A DNA stretch of 43,140 nt, taken from positions 6,644,736 to 6,687,875 of the forward strand of contig CM119270.1 of NCBI GenBank assembly GCA_051294375.1. Direction: 5' to 3'. Below the pieces are notes generated by a model, which was not told the DNA's origin, made no database searches, and saw only the letters and a list, made by a program, of their open reading frames with translations. Below, one piece after another: positions 38,215 through 43,140 of the stretch; within the stretch, counting starts at the first letter, position 1; each line of letters starts with the position of its first letter. A program made the position numbers and the translations under genes. Source of the DNA: Paraspadella gotoi (Eukaryota; Animalia; Chaetognatha).

Positions 38215-39093
38215 GTCCAAATTGTTTTTTTGGAACGAAAAAGAAGACGGTTTTTCTCAGTCTAGAAACAATCAAAAATTAAATTTCATTATCAAATTTA
38301 AGGTGTTCTTTTAAAAGGAAAGAACGTGGCTGTTCTTTGCTCCGTTCAAGTTAAAGCATAGCATTGCATAGCATAGCATTGAACTTAGTAAGAGAGGATT
38401 ACAGAAAGGCGGAATCGCTAAAATTGAAACGAACCTAACAGATGTTGAGTTAATAATAACGAAATAAATAATTTTTCAAGATCGACGTTGACGTCAACAT
38501 TTTGGCGTCGGTATCCAGATTTTCTTTTTCTGGATTGAAAAGAAAGAACAACAACGATAGCATTTAAATATGTTTTTTTTTTCTGTAAAGGAAAGAAGAA
38601 AAACAACATAAATAACAAAAATTCGAGCCGTTGGCTATTGTCAAATATGTATTTGAAGAAAAGACGCTGAAGCTAAAATTAAAATCGTCTGCTCCTTCGC
38701 CATACTTCGACTGATCCTTTGTTTCTCGTTTTCAGCCGGTCGCTCAGCGGAGTTTTTAGTTGAGAAACTTAAGGAAACAAATGCCACGATAATGACGATG
38801 TTCAAAAATCTTTGACTAAGTTCCTCGTGTATTAATCCTTTCTTTTCGTTGTGTATGGTGATTAGTAGAACAGATTTAAGATTCAACAAGTTCCTGAAAT
38901 TCAGAAATCTCGAAATATAACTCAACTTTTTTTAAAACTTAGGATAAGTCAAATAACGGTTGTAAAATTTGTATTAATTTATGTTTTGATTTTTTGATGG
39001 TCAAAAAGAAAATGGTTGAGCATCGGCGTCATTGACGTAAATAATTGTAAATAATAAATTGTAATTATTGCACCGTTTTTACCCTCCACTCAG

Positions 39094-39155
39094 AAGAAGA
39101 ATCCTGGAAGCACTATTCCGAACGTGTCGGAGAACGAGAAGCATTATTCGGGAAA

Positions 39156-39156
<1 letters not shown>
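39094..39156 (+). CDS. Candidate further exon of the 36533 gene (EEESWKHYSERVGEREALFGK)
   Basis: Pyrimidine tract and CAG acceptor, AAG|GTGAGA donor. It is phase-compatible with a donor at 37160, and its ESW start mirrors the PDESW exon. Confidence 0.4.
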
Positions 39157-39189
<33 letters not shown>

Positions 39190-39949
39190 GACTAAAGCTC
39201 TGACGGAAAAGTAGAAGGTTTTTTTAATATAATTCTTTGACTGGACCAATGTAGATTGATATGGCCAATATTGCTATTGTTAAGTTTCAAAAAAATCCGA
39301 CCATAAATATAGAAAATATTAACCAAAATCTTCCGGAAAATATTCAACCTCCTTCTTTGGAAGATTTTTCGCCTATAAGATTTTCCGAATCTGACTCCCG
39401 TTGAAAACTCTTAGATTCCGATCGTGCTCCTCTTTAATGTTTACTTTAAATAAAAATTTCAAGGCAAAATGGACTAATTCACTTTGACCATGATGCGTAT
39501 CATGTTAAAAAACACAAGTAAAATGTGAAGAAAAATTTTGAGAGCCTTCCAGTACATATTGCTATCAGGATTCCTGATTTGAAGTTATTGTATAAATGAC
39601 AACATACCTTAAATTGTCGTTGACATTGTATTGAAGTTGAGAAATCCCGTCTTATTTAGTATATAAAAATTGCGTCAAAAAATATTTCCCGAGCTGACCA
39701 TCTATTTGATCTGTGGTTTGATGTCAAAATGATGGTTAATTGTCAAGAGAAAAAAAATGGTCGAGCCCCCTTGAGATGTACTACGGATCGAATCGGAGTG
39801 TTTTTACATCTGATGTTTTACCTAAATTTTTCTCAAGGGCGTTGAACATTATTTTTTTTGGTAGTGCAGATTTTAATGGAAATCTCCATTGAAAATCTGT
39901 GCTATCCTCGATTCTCTTTAAGAACGACGTAGAACTCCTAAGAGAGAGC

Positions 39950-40034
<85 letters not shown>

Positions 40035-40809
40035 AGGTGGAAGAAGCGACATAGTGAATAATGAATGGGAGAAAAAACCGATGGGTTCGTGGCATGATGA
40101 GAATGGGAGTTTTTCCTCTTCCCTTTTTCTCCCATTCCTTTCCCCCTTCTTGTCACAGTCACGTGACTAAAATGAGACGAGGAAAACGAATCACGTGACT
40201 CGGGCCACGGTCGCTCGTTGTTAATGTTCGCCAAGTACACGGCACTGCCACTGCCAACGTCGTCCGATCAGTTTGAATACTGGTCAGTCGACATTTATAT
40301 AAGACAATCATGTAAATTACTGAATCGAACATTATTTCTTTCTTTAGAAATGATATATAAATTGATTTTAAACTTTTTGAAAGATATTTTTTGAAGTAAA
40401 GGTTAAACTGTACACATAAAATTATCTTGAGTAGAGAGTTAAACGAAATTATATTTAAACATTGAGGTTCCTTCCAGTCCAAGGAAGAGTCAAGAATAAC
40501 AATCTCCGTAAGAGTAATCGAGATAAGGTATGTCATGCATGCTGAGAAAGAAAGAGAGAGNNNNNNNNNNAGAGAGAGAGCGGACAGAGACACACAATTT
40601 TGAGCGATCGCAAAGGTGATGTGGCGTTCCAAGGTGACGTTGAGAAAATGATGGAAACGAGGAGGAATGTAATAAAAAAGAAATGGAAAAAGAAAAGAAA
40701 ATTTAAAAGAAAAAGTAAAAGAATCGGAGGAAAGTGGGAAAAGTGGGAAAAAGACGGCTCGGAAAAGGGGCGGAGAATGGAGAAGGCGAGTTGCAGAGAG
40801 AAAAAGAGA

Positions 40810-40879
<70 letters not shown>

Positions 40880-41042
40880 AGCGCCAGCCCCCGAGTCAAA
40901 ATGCGAAGGTTAGCCAAGAACAAGTGAACGAGAAAAAAGAACAGGAAGAAAATTATCCCATTTATGTTTGTTAATTCATTTCCCAAGCCTGGTGGGGGGA
41001 CTGGAGTTTTCTTAACCTCTGCTCTCTCGCTTCGTGCTGCTC

Positions 41043-41075
<33 letters not shown>

Positions 41076-41244
41076 CTCTCTCTCTTCTCTCTCTCTCCTC
41101 TCTCTTTTGCACTGTCAAGGTTCATTTTTTCATGCAAAATGATGAGAGCATTGATGGCCGTCTAGTCAAAATAAAACATCTGGGCTACGGCGCGTAAAAC
41201 AAGGCAGAGGGTGTGAGAGAGACGAGGAGAAGAGAGAGAGGAGA

Positions 41245-41299
<55 letters not shown>

Positions 41300-43104
41300 A
41301 GAACGCAGAGTGAAGAAGAGAGATGAGACGAGATTCGCTCTGTCGAATCCGAACACACAAAACGGGAAAAAGAGTGAGAATTTCCCGACTAAACAAAGAA
41401 AATTGCCGAACTGTCAGGATGAATTATAATAGTGTGGGAGTCGTGGCAGAACGTGAGCACCTCCCGAGGATTCGCTGATCAGTTAGTTGTTGATTTCTGG
41501 GTTCGTTGGGGAAGACGGAGGGGAGAATCGAGGGGGGCGGGGGGTGGAGCGACTACCACGGCGTTAACCCAAAAACCTAATTCCATATTGAGTTGTTTTT
41601 TTTTACATTTATTTGGTCTTTTCCGTTTTCTCTATTTTTTTGCTTGTCTTCGGAATAGCTTTTCCGACTTTCTTTTTCTCTCATATCTCCCTTTATTGCT
41701 TTTCTTTTTTTTTCTCTTTTTGGTTAATAGTTTGATTTTGTGACGAAAAAAAAACTTAAAAACATAAACGCATAGCCTCATTTTATCTGCATTCATGTTT
41801 TCTTTAGGTTATAATGGTTTTAGTTGTCTTTCTTAACCACAAGAACCTTAAACTTGTTCTAAGTTTTTCTCTGAAAACCGAGGTTTATGACTTTACATGT
41901 AGGAAGAAATATTTGCTTGTTAGAGATGATTAATTTAATTTATCTTTATTATATTGTAAATCGTAATGTATAAGCGTTTTACAAGGCAAAAAAAATCCGT
42001 TTACTAACCTAACACATTAACTATCCTGTATCGGTAATAAATATATTTTAAAATAATTTATATTTAATTAATTTTCCTGTGGAAATGAGGAAATATGTCT
42101 GGGGGGTTTTAACATTGTTTCTAGCAAATATTTTATAATTTTTCGTCGCTAGCAACATCCCTATTTGACCTTTTTGATAAGATCAAAATGTAGTATCTGC
42201 TCATCAGCTCATGGGCCCAGAATATTAAACTTGTATACGAACATTGGCAGAGCACTCAGTGCTTGCTCGGCCTCCCCCACGGGTCAGCCCGGTATTATAT
42301 GAATTGAAAGAGTATATCGATACCTTAATGCAGGTCTTAATCACTTTCTTGCAATTGTTATTGACATAACTTCTTACCAGATCTTTCTCACCTACCCTTT
42401 TAATTAGGCGGACATGGCGGATGGCAACGAAAGAACGCAAGGAAAACCCTCGTCGCCTAAGTTAGTCTGAGAATCCTCGTCGTTGTTTTCATCTCAGAGA
42501 CTCAATATTGTTTTAAGTTTTTAGCAACCGGTGACTTTAATTCGATGAAGAGTTTAGTTTTAATAATCGTTTAGTATTAAAATATCTGTATGATATTCTT
42601 TGACTCTCATATCATTCAAATTAGGTTTTTACGACACTCGATTTATCTCACTCTCATCGGTGAATGAACTGAGCGGAAAAATGAATGGCCGATGCAGAGG
42701 AGTGATGACGTCTACTCGTCTCTCTTCTTTACTTTCGAATTCCTTCTTATGTTTTTTTTTTTTTTTTTATCATTTTCTTTTTTTTCCCGCCATAATTAAT
42801 TTTTTTCTTTGAGTGTTTTTTTGCGGCTTTCATGCACTTTAGCTTCTTCCTTCAGTTTTTTTTAATTAAAGGCTGTCATGCCCGTTAATTTTAGCCTTTT
42901 GTTTAGTCTCCTCTTCCTCTACATCCCTTTTATTTATTTTCTATGCCATCATGCCCTGCTTGCCAACCTTCACCTTTCCCGCCCCCCTCTCAACGGTATT
43001 CCCCTCTAACCCGTCTCTCCACATCCTGTTTGCCTTTTTCATTAAAGGATGACGTCGCGTTTTGCTCTTTTGTTAGTAGGAAGACTTAAGTAAACCGGTT
43101 TTTT

Positions 43105-43140
43105 CCGTCCGTCCGTCCGTCCGTCCGTCCGTCCGTCCGT
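43105..43140. repeat. (CCGT)n microsatellite running off the window
   Basis: Visible. Confidence 0.95.

Noticed and set aside
42225-42470. Candidate exon(s) on either strand
   Set aside because: Both strands give short plausible frames; cannot discriminate without transcript data.

Overview
Eukaryotic (probably invertebrate animal) draft-genome scaffold. It is AT-rich and full of (GA)n, (GAC/GTC)n, (GAAA)n and (CCGT)n microsatellites, N-gaps (four of exactly 25 N) and stretches that look like unpolished long-read sequence. Most ORFs in the track are low-complexity artefacts. Four things are well supported. (1) A full-length CsRn1-type Ty3/Gypsy LTR retrotransposon on the minus strand (14160-20354), with ~220-bp TG..CA LTRs, a tRNA-Trp-like PBS, a CHCC Gag knuckle, PR-RT-RH-IN and an ATTT target-site duplication. 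Its empty pre-insertion site is also present, in a duplicated flank at 11635-11638. (2) What looks like a 155-bp satellite (32510-33737) is best read as exon 3 of a spliced gene (31375-33737) for a secreted multi-copy precursor: signal peptide, LEKR, then 8 copies of a 46-aa four-cysteine peptide separated by REVEKR linkers. This is the top candidate for an undescribed system. (3) A spliced plus-strand gene with an internal HNSE(Y/F)DEWAxFA repeat (36533-37212, possibly continuing to 39156). (4) A minus-strand C2H2 zinc-finger ORF (37699-38214) that may be nested in an intron of gene 3. No database searches were run; family assignments come from recognised motifs.
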